From Vezdaea acicularis (Eukaryota): 20,000 nucleotides of DNA. The stretch is from assembly GCA_026025075.1 (NCBI GenBank), contig JAPEUI010000037.1:115865-135864 (forward strand), given 5' to 3'. Made by a program: the position numbers and the translations under genes. Positions 1 through 10,991 of this stretch are shown one piece after another. Positions within the stretch are counted from its first letter, which is position 1, and every line of letters starts with the position of its first letter. Below the pieces are notes generated by a model that worked only from the letters and a program-made list of their open reading frames with translations, searched no databases and was not told the DNA's origin.

Positions 1-1277
1 CATCCTGTCGTGCCCAGTTCCACGACGAATCATACACGCGTGCTTTTAACTGGCTGAAAGTAGGCTCAATCCCGTTTGCATAGAATTCGCCATGTTCAAC
101 GTTCCAAAGATCCAGCTGAGCCTGTAGGGTCTTCTGGGTCTCTTGGGATCCAACAAAAGCCTTGTCGCCGGCCCTTAAATCCATTTTCAGATATCTCGCA
201 AATAATTCGAGCTGTTGTTTGAAAAGGGCTCTCTGGTCCTTTGTCAAGGCGTCGATCGCAGCTGGGTCCATCATCATCCCACCACCGCCAGCACCACCGT
301 CACCGCCTGCAGCAGGGGCGGACAGGTTGACTCCAGCATTGGCAGCATACTTCTGTGAGACATCGTCCAAGAATGCTTTGGCATCATTCTCTGATCCTAG
401 ACGAGAAGGTGGCTCCATGGTGAGTGCTAAGAGCAAGACGCCATCCTGGCGACCTGACCCTAGACCCCACCTCGACTCTAGGTATTTCCGGACAGCAGTG
501 ATATTGAAACCACCCGGCATCTTTGATGAAACTAGGCGGGCCACTAAGGAGGAGGATTGTTTTCCAAGTTGGCCGTTGAAAGTAGCTTGCATTGCAGCGC
601 CTAACTCGTCTAGCGGGGTATCTTCAGGCTTCTCCGGCGTCGAGCCGAACTCCTTTCCTAGATCGCCGAGAATCTCGTTCTGGAGCGTGGATTTGCCTGA
701 AATGGGTTAATGATAGGGTTCTATATGTGGAACTTCAAAACTCACCTCCGACGAGATCTTTGATTGCTTTGCTCAATGGAATATCCGCGAAGGGTTTTTT
801 CAGCTTCTGTGCAATCAAAGACCTGACGATATCGACAGCAGATACTGGTACGTCTGCTACTTGTGCCGCAGGACCAGCATTTGGAGGTGGGGGAGCGGCC
901 GCCGCGGGGGCAGCCGCTGCTACGGGAGCAGAAGAGGACGCAGCCGGTCCAGCGCTTGCATTTCCATCTGCGGCCGGAGCTGGTTCGTCTTCCACCGGAT
1001 CAACATCGTAATAGATCTCCTTCGCATCCTTGTTGTAGCAGAGAATCTGCCGTTGCACCGAGAGAGCGGCATCGTATGCTTCGTACTTGGCGGCGAGTGT
1101 CCGCTTGGCCATGACGCCCAAGGTATCCGCGGGGCCGATCTCGACGATCCGCTCCGTGACCTTGTCGGCCAAGATCACATCTTGAGTTTCAATCCATCTC
1201 ACCGGCGAGGCGAATTGGTATGCCAACAGCTCGACAAGGAGCGTATGGGCGAGCTCTTGCTCGACTTCGGGACGCAT
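1..1277 (-). CDS. FAS2: Fatty acid synthase subunit alpha, 5' part (N-terminal segment and ACP domain); continues beyond the left edge
   Basis: ATG at 1277 (gccATG) gives [34 protein letters not shown], the typical fungal FAS alpha N-terminus, followed by an Ala/Pro linker. Exon 1 is 1277-746, the intron is 745-697, and exon 2 runs 696 to <1. Splicing restores the ACP motif [21 protein letters not shown], with the phosphopantetheine Ser at codon 691-689. Confidence 0.97.
697..745 (-). other. Spliceosomal intron in FAS2 (49 nt, phase 1)
   Basis: GTGAGT donor, TTAAC branch-like site and TTTCAG acceptor. Removing it restores the reading frame (G|GC AAA TCC). Confidence 0.93.
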
Positions 1278-2790
1278 GGCGCTAGTCCGTTTAACGTCCA
1301 AAGACGAGCACCGGATACGGGTTTAATGCTCTTTATTCGGAGAAGAACTGAGCATTGGCGTTGTAAGATGTAAGAGGAGTCGTTTCGATAGTCCTGAATG
1401 TTCTGGAACTGTCGGATCCAATTGGGCAGTAGAGAAGGTGTTCGGCGGTGTTGTGTGTGAGGGTCACGGTGATGTTGTTGAGGGAGCTCCTTGAAGCGAG
1501 GTCAGGAAATGCAATTTCGCTCAGGGCCTACGATGTTCACTAATAGCAGAGAAGTGAAGGAGAGAGAAGAGGATGAGGGCAGCACACAAGCAGCAAGAGT
1601 GGCGGAGGTTTGAGGACACAATGGGGGAGCAGGAGGAGGATTGAGTCGGGCGGGCCGATGGTGTTGAGAGCAGAGACGTTGGACCGGACCAAAGCACGGC
1701 GAGTCCACCGGCTCCAGCAAGCTCTCACGCTCTCTCGCACGCTCACGCTCTCCGCCTTTTTTCTTGGATGGTGACGGCAGAACTCGCTCCCAGGGCCCGG
1801 CCGGCTGTTGCAGGGGTCGTGCGCTTCACAATTCCGTTGATGCGCTAACGCCGAACCCGGCAAGTTGGGGGGGCTTGGGGGGGCTCCAACGTCGCCGCCT
1901 GCGCGGTGGGTGTGTTGCCGTGCCCCGACCCCAGCCCCATGCCCTCGCTTGTCGTGTGGCCTCTGCTGAACATTCACACTCGCCTGTGGCTTCTCCGCCG
2001 CGCCGAAGCGACCGAGTGGGGAATATATGGAGAAAAGACGGTGGATGAAATCGGGTCAATTGAACTCAATGCCCGTGATTCCACCGTTCAAAGACTGCGA
2101 GTCAGATATGATTCTATCAGCTGCGATTTTCAGTCTTTTTCCTGCTAGTTCCGAGGAAGACCATCGATCCACTCCGCAGTTGACCCTCTTGCCTGTGTTT
2201 TGCACTCATCGTTGGGGAAACATTTTTTTTATGTCGAGAAACCCAATGTTCCGCCACATCGCTTTGCACTGAGATCAGCCGCAAACTACACCAAGAAGAT
2301 AGATGTTGGAGACAATCGTGTTAGACTTCTTCTCGCCACGCTGTTATCATCGAGCCCTACACCGAGAGGGTGTCGTGCATGCTGCGTGCAGTCCGGCCGC
2401 GTTCCCAACGTTTCGTGGACCCCGGACGGCTGTCGGTGCCACGGCCTGCCGTTGCCTGCCTTCGCCTGCCTTCGCCTGCCATCGCCTCCCGCCAAGCAAT
2501 TCCGCCGGTGCAGGGGTAGCTCCCGCCCAATTACGTCGCCTCCATCCTCAACACCACGAAAGCTGCCCCAAAGAAATTTGGTTGCCAGGACGGCGTCCCT
2601 TGCGATCTCTAAGCTACCCACTCAACCCACTCTACTCCGCCCGACCCACTCTTCTTCTTCCGCGCAAAGTTGGTCCATCTGAGGTGGATTGTCAGCTTCA
2701 ATTGCAAAGCTTGCCTTTGCTAAAAGATTCACCAATATCCTCACCAACACTCATCCTCCTCTCTTCTCCCGGGAACGCCTGCACTTCACG
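1278..2790. promoter_or_regulatory. Divergent (bidirectional) FAS2/FAS1 promoter and 5' leaders
   Basis: 1513 bp between head-to-head ATGs, with pyrimidine-rich tracts pointing towards each gene. Head-to-head FAS alpha/beta pairs are established in filamentous ascomycetes (e.g. Aspergillus fasA/fasB). Confidence 0.8.
2441..2490 (+). repeat. Five imperfect 10-bp tandem repeats (consensus TTCGCCTGCC)
   Basis: acggcctgcc gttgcctgcc ttcgcctgcc ttcgcctgcc atcgcctccc, read directly from the sequence. Confidence 0.85.
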
Positions 2791-5700
2791 ATGTACGGCA
2801 CCAACCCTCAGACGGGCATCTCGACACCTCGATCGTCTTCCTCTCTACGACCCCTCATCCTCACACATGGCTCCCTGGAGCATTCCTTCTTGATACCGAC
2901 CTCCCTTCATTTCCATGCCTCCCAACTAAGGGATCGGTTTCTCTCATCACTGCCCGCGCCAACTGACGAGCTCGCGCAAGATGACGAGCCCTCATCAGTG
3001 GCCGAGCTCGTCGCTCGGTACATGCTCTTCGTCTCACAGCAAGTCGACGAGGGCGAAGATGATGTGGGCGGCTCCTACGACGAAGTCTTGAAGCTTGTTA
3101 TTACCGAATTCGAGAGGGCCTTCTTGCGTGGCAATGAGGTGCACGCCATTGCCGCTACCCTACCTGGCATCGAACAGAAGAAACTCCTCACGGTCAAGGC
3201 TTATTATGCTGCTCGTGCATCATGTAATCGTGCGATCAAGACGCATGAGTCGGCGTTATTCCGTGCTGCAGCCGATGGAGATGCGAAGATCTATGCTGTC
3301 TTCGGAGGCCAGGGCAACATTGAGGAATACTTCGATGAGCTGAGAGAGGTATACAGCACATACCCTGCATTCGTTGAAGACTTCATCGCTTCTGCTGCTG
3401 AACTGCTTCAATCACTGTCACGAGACCCCAGGGCGGATAAGCTCTACTCAAAAGGCCTCGATGTGATGAAATGGCTGCATGACCGCGACTCGCAGCCTGA
3501 TACCGACTACCTAGTCTCGGCGCCCGTCAGCCTGCCATTGATTGGCCTTGTACAGCTTGCACACTACAGCATCACCTGCAGAGTTCTCGGGATTACACCA
3601 GGACACCTGCGAGAGCGTTTCAGTGGAGCCACTGGCCACTCCCAGGGTGTTGTCACTGCAATGGCGATAGCAGCTGCAGACTCATGGGAGTCGTTCGAAA
3701 AAGTCGCAAAAGAAGCTTTAACTATACTCTTCTGGATTGGGTCTCGGAGCCAGCAAACGTATCCCAGAACGTCGTTAGCGCCGACAGTGCTTCAAGACTC
3801 CGTCAACAATGGAGAAGGTGTCCCCACGCCTATGCTCAGCATCCGGGACCTGGGAAACGCAGCGGTTCAGGAACATGTCGATGCGACCAACCATCACTTG
3901 CCAGAAGATCGGCACATTGCGATTTCACTTATCAATAGTGCTCGTAACGTCGTAGTCACGGGACCTCCCATCTCTTTGTACGGTCTCAACCTGAGGCTGA
4001 GGAAGGTCAAGGCCCCTACGGGACTCGACCAGACCCGGATCCCGTTCACACAACGAAAAGTAAGATTTGTAAACCGGTTCCTGCCAATCACCGCCCCATT
4101 CCACAGCAAATATTTGGCCGAAGCAACCAGGAACATCGAAGAGGATTTGAAACACATCAAAGTCTCATCTAAAGAACTTGCGATACCTGTTTTCGATACC
4201 AACAGCGGTGAAGATCTCAGGAGTGAAGGCAGCAATGACGTCGTACCAGCCCTTGTACGGATGATTACACATGATCCCGTCAACTGGGAGAAGGCCACTG
4301 TCTTCCCTTCAGCTACTCACGTCCTAGATTTCGGACCAGGAGGTATCTCTGGGCTTGGTGTCCTCACCAATCGCAACAAGGAGGGCACTGGTGTGAGGGT
4401 TATCCTAGCAGGTGCTATGGACGGAACCAATGCGGAGGTCGGATACAAGCCAGAGCTTTTTGACCGTGATGAAGAGCACGCTGTCAAATATGCTGTCGAC
4501 TGGGTCAAAGAGCACAGCCCTCGCCTTGTCAAAACATCCGCTGGCCGTACCTTTGTTGATACAAAGATGAGCCGCCTCCTTGGTCTACCACCCGTCATGG
4601 TTGCGGGAATGACGCCCTGTACGGTCCCATGGGACTTCGTTGCCGCGACTATGAACGCCGGGTACCAAATCGAACTTGCTGGTGGTGGATACTATAATGC
4701 AAAGACGATGACGGAGGCACTAACGAAGATTGAGAAGGCGATCCCGCCCGGCCGTGGTATCACTGTAAACCTGATCTACGTCAATCCCCGTGCGATGGCA
4801 TGGCAAGTGCCTTTGATCGGGCAATTACGTGCTGAGGGCATACCTATCGAGGGAATGACTATCGGTGCCGGTGTGCCCTCGATTGAGGTTGCCAACGAGT
4901 ACATCGAGACTCTTGGAATCAAGCATATTGCTTTCAAGCCTGGTTCGGGAGATGCCATCCAGGCCGTCATTAATATTGCTAAAGCCAACCCAACCTTCCC
5001 CATCATCCTTCAGTGGACCGGTGGACGTGGAGGGGGCCATCATTCCTTCGAAGATTTTCATCAGCCCATACTCCAGATGTATGGCCGGATCCGAAGGTGC
5101 AGTAATATCGTTCTTGTCGCCGGCAGTGGTTTCGGTGGAGCTGAAGATACTTACCCATATATCACGGGTACGTGGTCAGCACGATTTGGCTATCCTCCCA
5201 TGCCATTCGATGGCTGTCTCTTCGGTAGTCGGATGATGACGGCTAAGGAGGCGTATACGAGTAAGAACGCGAAAAAGGCCATCGTAGAAGCCGAGGGGCT
5301 TGATGATAGCCAATGGGAAAGGACTTATAAAGGTGCGGCCGGCGGAGTCATCACTGTTCGCTCTGAGATGGGCGAGCCAATTCACAAGCTTGCCACTAGA
5401 GGTGTGAAGTTCTGGGCTGAGATGGATCAGAAGATCTTCAGTCTCGACAAGGCGAAGCGCGTGCCAGAGTTGAAGAAGCAGCGGGAATACATCATCAAGA
5501 AGCTGAATGACGACTTCCAGAAAGTGTGGTTTGGTAGGAACGCGGCAGGCGAGACGGTCGACCTAGAGGACATGACATATGCTGAAGTCGTCCGTCGCAT
5601 GGTCGACCTTATGTACGTTAAGCACGAATCCCGCTGGATTGACAAATCCCTTGAAAAGCTCACCGGCGATTTCATCCGACGCGTTGAGGAACGATTCACC

Positions 5701-8700
5701 TCATCCTTGGACAAACCTTCTCTCCTGCAGAGCTATGGCGAACTGGATGACCCGTACCCAGTCGTGGAGAAGATTCTCAAAGCTTTCCCTCTCGCGGAGA
5801 AGCAGCTCATCAATGCGCAGGATGTACAACACTTCCTGCTACTATGCCAACGCCGTGGTCAAAAGCCAGTTCCGTTCGTTCCATCACTCGATGAAAATTT
5901 CGAATTCTGGTTTAAGAAGGATTCGCTCTGGCAATCCGAGGACCTGGAGGCAGTTGTCGATCAAGATGTTGGAAGAACATGTATCCTCCAAGGGCCGACT
6001 GCCGCTAAGTACTCTAAAGTCGTGGATGAACCCATCAAAGAGATCCTTGACGGGATCCACGAAGCCCATATCAAGGGACTCACGAAAGATGTGTATGGTG
6101 GAAAGGAATCGTCTATTCCGCTAGTTGAGTATTTTGGTGGAAAGATTATTGAACCAGAGGAGACCAAAGCTGAAGGGTTGACGATCTCTGAGGATGGTGC
6201 CAAGACAATCTATCGGCTCTCCAGCCTTGCTGCGGCAACTCTCCCATCGGCCGAGTCTTGGTGCAACTTACTTGGCGGGAAGACCTACTCATGGAGACAT
6301 GCGTTGTTCACCGCGGAAGTTTTCATCCAGGGGCAAAAATTCCAAACGAACCCGATCAAGCGAGTGTTTGCTCCTACTCGTGGCATGGTTGTTGAGATAA
6401 CTCATCCTAATGAGCCATCAAAGACAGTCATAACGGTCAAAGAGCCTACTAACACTGGCAAACTCATTCAAGTCATCGAGATCAAGATGGATCGGGACGA
6501 CTGCATTGCGGTCGACATGTTCGAACATCGCACGACCTTAGGCGACCCTGTTGCGCTCCCTTTGAGGTTCAAGTATTATCCAAGTGAGGGATATGCTCCA
6601 ATTAGGGAAGTTATGGAAGGGCGTAATGATCGTATCAAAGAGTTTTACTACAAGATCTGGTTTGGCGAAGAGAAGGTACCCTTCGATGCCGCTGTCACTG
6701 AGCGCTTTGAAGGCGGTCAGGCAACAGTCACCAGCAAAGCCATCGCGGACTTCGTCCATGCGGTTGGCAATACGGGCGAAGCTTTCGTTGACAGACCAGG
6801 CAAAGAAGTCCTCGCTCCTATGGACTTCGCAATCGTCGTTGGATGGAAAGCCATCACGAAGCCGATCTTCCCGAAAGCTATCGATGGGGATCTCCTCAAG
6901 TTGGTTCACCTGTCAAATGGATTCCGTATGGTTCCTGGCGCCGACCCTTTGAAGAAGGGAGATTCTCTGGATACCACCGCTCAAATAAATGCCGTTATCA
7001 ATCAAGATTCGGGCAAGATGGTGGAAGTTTGCGGCACAATTACTCGTGAGGGTAAGCCCATCATGGATGTCACCAGCCAGTTCCTCTACCGTGGTGCCTA
7101 TACCGATTTTGAGAATACCTTCCAGCGAAAGACCGAGACGCCCATGCAGATTCATCTTGCAACATCCAAAGATGTTGCTGTGCTTCGCTCAAAAGAGTGG
7201 TTCTGCCTAGATGAGCCTGACACCGAGCTGTTGGACAAGGTATTGACGTTCCGCCTCCAGAGCTTGGTCCGCTTCAAGAACAAGACAGTGTATAGTTCTG
7301 TCCAAACTACAGGCCAGGTGCTTCTTGAGTTGCCAACCAAGGAAGTCATTCAAGTTGCATCGGTAGAATACGAAGCGGGCGTCTCTCACGGCAATCCTGT
7401 CATAGACTATCTTGAGAGGTACGGCTCGTCGATTGAGCAGCCGGTGAACTTCGACAACGCAATTCCTCTTAGCGGGAAAACTCCTCTCGTCTTGCGGGCT
7501 CCAGCGTCCAACGAGACCTATGCTCGGGTGTCGGGTGACTATAATCCTATCCATGTTTCTCGTGTCTTCTCAAGCTACGCCAACCTTCCTGGTACCATCA
7601 CTCATGGCATGTACTCGAGTGCTGCCGTCCGGAGCTTGGTCGAGACGTGGGCTGCAGAGAATAACGTCGGTCGGGTGAGAAGTTTCCATTGCTCTCTCGT
7701 GGGTATGGTACTGCCTAACGACGATATTGAAGTAAAATTGCAACACGTCGGAATGGTTGCCGGTCGCAAGATTATCAAGATTGAAGCTAGCAACAAGGAC
7801 ACTGAAGAAAAGGTCTTACTTGGTGAGGCTGAGGTTGAACAGCCAGTCTCATCTTACGTTTTCACTGGCCAGGGCTCCCAAGAGCAAGGTATGGGTATGG
7901 AGCTCTACGCCAATAGTAAGGTTGCCCGCGAGGTGTGGGACCGAGCCGACAAGCATTTCATGGACAATTACGGTTTCTCCATCATCAACATCGTCAAGAA
8001 CAACCCGAAGCAACTCACCATCTACTTTGGTGGACCACGGGGCAAGGCAATTCGCCAGAACTATATGTCTATGACGTTCGAAACAGTCGCTAGTGATGGC
8101 ACCATCAAATCCGAGAAGATCTTCAAGGAGGTCAATGAGAACACGACTTCGTATACTTATCGATCTCCGACTGGCTTACTGTCAGCCACGCAATTCACTC
8201 AGCCTGCGTTGACCTTGATGGAGAAAGCTAGCTTCGAAGATATGCGAATCAAGGGACTCGTTCAGCGAGACAGCAGCTTCGCAGGTCACTCCCTTGGGGA
8301 GTATTCTGCGCTTGCTGCCCTCGCTGACGTCATGCCTATTGAGAGCTTGGTCTCTGTCGTGTTCTATCGTGGACTTACGATGCAAGTTGCCGTTGAGCGC
8401 GATGCAACTGGTCGGTCCAATTACTCCATGTGCGCCGTCAACCCCAGCAGGATATCCAAGACCTTCAACGAGCAAGCCCTGCAATATGTTGTCGAGAACA
8501 TAGCCGAATCGACGGGATGGCTACTAGAGATCGTCAACTACAATATCGCCAACGCCCAATACGTTTGCGCTGGAGACCTCCGAGCTCTTGACTGCCTAAC
8601 CAACGTGACCAATTACCTTAAAGTCCAAAAGATCGACATACAAGCCCTGACGCAGCAAATGTCCCTCGAAGACGTAAAGGCCCACCTCGTCGAGATCGTG

Positions 8701-9134
8701 CAGGAATGCGCGAAGCAGACGGAGGCGAAGCCCAAGCCGCTCGATCTTCAGCGCGGATTTGCCACTATCCCGCTCAAAGGCATCGATGTGCCGTTCCACT
8801 CCACCTTCTTGCGGTCAGGCGTCAAGCCCTTCAGAAGCTTCTTGCTCAAGAAGATCAACAAGACCACCATCGACCCGAGCAAGCTGGTCGGCAAATACAT
8901 CCCCAACGTCACTGCCAAGCCATTCGAAATCACTAAGGAGTATTTCGAGGAGGTGTATAAGCTGACGAACTCGCCACGGATTGGCAATGTTCTTGCAAAC
9001 GTGAGTTCACCGGCCCCCCTCCCTACCTTAGGCGGAATGTGCCGTTTTGGGAATTCCTGCTAACCTCCTCGATACAGTGGGATAAATACGAAGACCCTAA
9101 AGCAGAGCTCTTGAAGCCCACTCCCGCCGCCTAG
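2791..9134 (+). CDS. FAS1: Fatty acid synthase subunit beta (AT-ER-DH-MPT), ~2088 aa
   Basis: ATG at 2791 ([22 protein letters not shown]). Motifs: acetyltransferase GHSQG, enoyl reductase GGRGGGHHS, dehydratase DYNPIH..HGM, and malonyl/palmitoyl transferase FTGQGSQ..GHSLGEY. Exon 1 is 2791-9000, the intron is 9001-9077, and exon 2 is 9078-9134 ([18 protein letters not shown]). Confidence 0.98.
9001..9077 (+). other. Spliceosomal intron in FAS1 (77 nt, phase 0)
   Basis: GTGAGT donor, GCTAAC branch point (9059-9064) and ACAG acceptor. Splicing gives the expected ...VLAN-WDKY C-terminus. Confidence 0.93.
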
Positions 9135-10019
9135 CGCCCCCATCGCGTAGAGTTTCTTTGCATCAAGGCGTTTTCTTCCCTTCTACCCTTTCGCCTCTAG
9201 GCGACTCGAGTTCACTCCTGGTATAAGAACAACCTTAGACACCCCCCCTCCCTTGCTAGCGAATAGCAACCCCCAACCCAGAAAAATGTATCTCTAGTCC
9301 TTATTTTAGAATCATAGAACCAATTCAAAAAGATTACTGTCCCATCCCCCCACTATTGATGTGGTCTCTCAACTCGTGCTCGCTGCGCCACTCGCTACGT
9401 CTTTATGAGACGTACAACCCTTTTTTCTTTGTCCCCCTCAGCCGCATTGTCTTTCTTTGTTCTCTTGAACAAGGCATTCTTCTGCATCCACGGACTGCGC
9501 TTTGTCTCGATTTTGGTTGTGTTTAGTCGCTGGTACCCATCGTAGTGGTTATGCGGGTTTTCGTGGGGGCGGAGGGGGGGAAGAGGAGATGTGAGGGCTA
9601 GGGCTAGATTCTGGACTTGGACTTTGGACTTCGACTGGGTGACATGGCGAGTGGAGAAACACTCAACCGTGATGCGGAGGGTATGGAAGCTGGGTAGGGA
9701 GCTTGTGCCGGTGCCGGCGCTCTCATTCTTGGGGGTGGGGTGAAGAGGGGTTCAGAACAATACCATACGTCTCAAGCCTGAGGCAGCGTCTCAACGTCAG
9801 CCTCTCCAATGTCCGAAGCATGTACTGAACCCAGTTTCCGAGGTGCAATGTACATGTCTCGTAGCCTAGGAAAGCGGACAACACGTCGACGATACCGGTG
9901 GAGGTGGATAAAAGCTATATCTCTTTGCCCCCTTTCCACACATACACACTCTCTCAAAAAACCAGAACTCCCAAACCTTCCGAAATTTCTAAACCTTCTA
10001 GAGCTTCTTATCATTTACA

Positions 10020-10991
10020 ATGGACTCCCCCACCGCCCGCAAGCTCACCTTCCACGAAATAACCCACCTCCTCAGACTCCAACAAAAACCGTCGCTCAAC
10101 GTGCGCGTATGGATGTGGCTAGCTGGACTCAATCAAGATCATCCTGACTCGCCGGACGCAAGACTGGAGATCGATCTCACGGTCGTTCCTGTAGTCGATT
10201 TGACTGATGGGATGGATGAAGAGATGGATATGGATACGGATATGGATGCGGAGGTGGATATGGAGATGGTAGAATCAGGCTATTCCTCCTCTTACTACTA
10301 CTACTATTGCTCGGACGAGCGAGTAGCGGGTGTTACCATCTCCTCTGCTGAGCGAGCAGAGGCGGTTACGATTTCCTCTGCTGATCGCGCGGAGGTGGTT
10401 ACGATCTCCTCCTCTGACTCCTCTGGAGACGACGACGACGGGTCCAGTGGCTTGGATGAGAGGGTTGGGGATGCGGCGCCGGATGTTATTACCATCTCGT
10501 CTGGCTCCGAGGACTCCGAGGACGAGAGCAGTGATGGGCTGGATGAGAGAGTTGTGGATGGTTCGCGGGAGGTTATTACTATCTCGTCCGACTCCTCGGA
10601 CTCCTCGGACGATTCGGACGGAGACTCAATCCCACCATCCCAAACCCCTCCATCCAAGCCCCCATCATCCTCAAGAGCCTACCACAAAGCCGACCTCCAC
10701 CGCGCCCCTTCTCCCCTAGCACTTAGCCCTCACACCCCCTTTAACGCATCCTCCTACCTGGGACCCGGCCTGAAAGTCTGTCTCCTCGTCCTGGCAAAGA
10801 TGCTGCGTCGCTATAGACTTGCTGGTGCGTCGAAGGTGAAGATTTGGAGGACGATCCGCGCGTTGGGAGAGTGGGTCCGGGCGAGGCTTTTGGGGGTGGG
10901 GAGGTGGGGTTCGGGTAGGATGATGGGGGGGAGGGGTAGGAGGGCGGTGCTGAGGAGGGGTATTAAGAGGAGGGGCGGGGTGGGGAGGTAG
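10020..10991 (+). CDS. Hypothetical 323-aa low-complexity protein with an acidic repeat region of multiple SIM-like motifs and a basic Arg/Gly-rich C-terminus
   Basis: ATG in good context (acaATGg) and a 972-nt uninterrupted frame. Internal repeats keep the frame and conserve the amino-acid motif (V/A/G)(V/I)TISS. No family recognised. Confidence 0.6.
   Translation: MDSPTARKLTFHEITHLLRLQQKPSLNVRVWMWLAGLNQDHPDSPDARLEIDLTVVPVVDLTDGMDEEMDMDTDMDAEVDMEMVESGYSSSYYYYYCSDERVAGVTISSAERAEAVTISSADRAEVVTISSSDSSGDDDDGSSGLDERVGDAAPDVITISSGSEDSEDESSDGLDERVVDGSREVITISSDSSDSSDDSDGDSIPPSQTPPSKPPSSSRAYHKADLHRAPSPLALSPHTPFNASSYLGPGLKVCLLVLAKMLRRYRLAGASKVKIWRTIRALGEWVRARLLGVGRWGSGRMMGGRGRRAVLRRGIKRRGGVGR
10317..10628 (+). 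repeat. In-frame coding repeats: three 33-bp units followed by ~87-90-bp units
   Basis: ERVAGVTISSA / ERAEAVTISSA / DRAEVVTISSS, then ...GLDERVGDAAPDVITISS... / ...GLDERVVDGSREVITISS... The region is preceded by a (TAC)4TAT poly-Tyr run at 10293-10307. Confidence 0.85.

Noticed and set aside
162..1373. Plus-strand ORFs (182, 139, 170 and 83 aa)
   Set aside because: Antisense shadows of the GC-rich FAS2 coding sequence.
1502..2893. Many 70-200 aa ORFs in the FAS intergenic region
   Set aside because: Mutually overlapping, low-complexity, often with non-ATG starts and no recognisable motifs. This is expected in GC-rich promoter DNA.
9001..9063. ORF-track C-terminus of FAS1 ([20 protein letters not shown])
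   Set aside because: Read-through into a canonical intron. The spliced WDKY end fits the family.
1..9134. FAS pair as a secondary-metabolite (HexA/HexB or StcJ/StcK-type) cluster
   Set aside because: Both N-termini are of the primary housekeeping type. No PKS/NRPS, tailoring enzyme, transporter or cluster regulator is present in the window, although the left flank is unseen.
10317..10628. CRISPR-like or transposon-derived repeat array
   Set aside because: Eukaryotic context and degenerate in-frame coding repeats, with no repeat-spacer regularity, TIRs, LTRs or transposase sequence.
10304..10719. Alternative-frame ORFs over the orphan repeat (117 aa on -, 129 aa on +)
   Set aside because: By-products of the repeat. 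The amino-acid motif is best conserved in the 323-aa frame.
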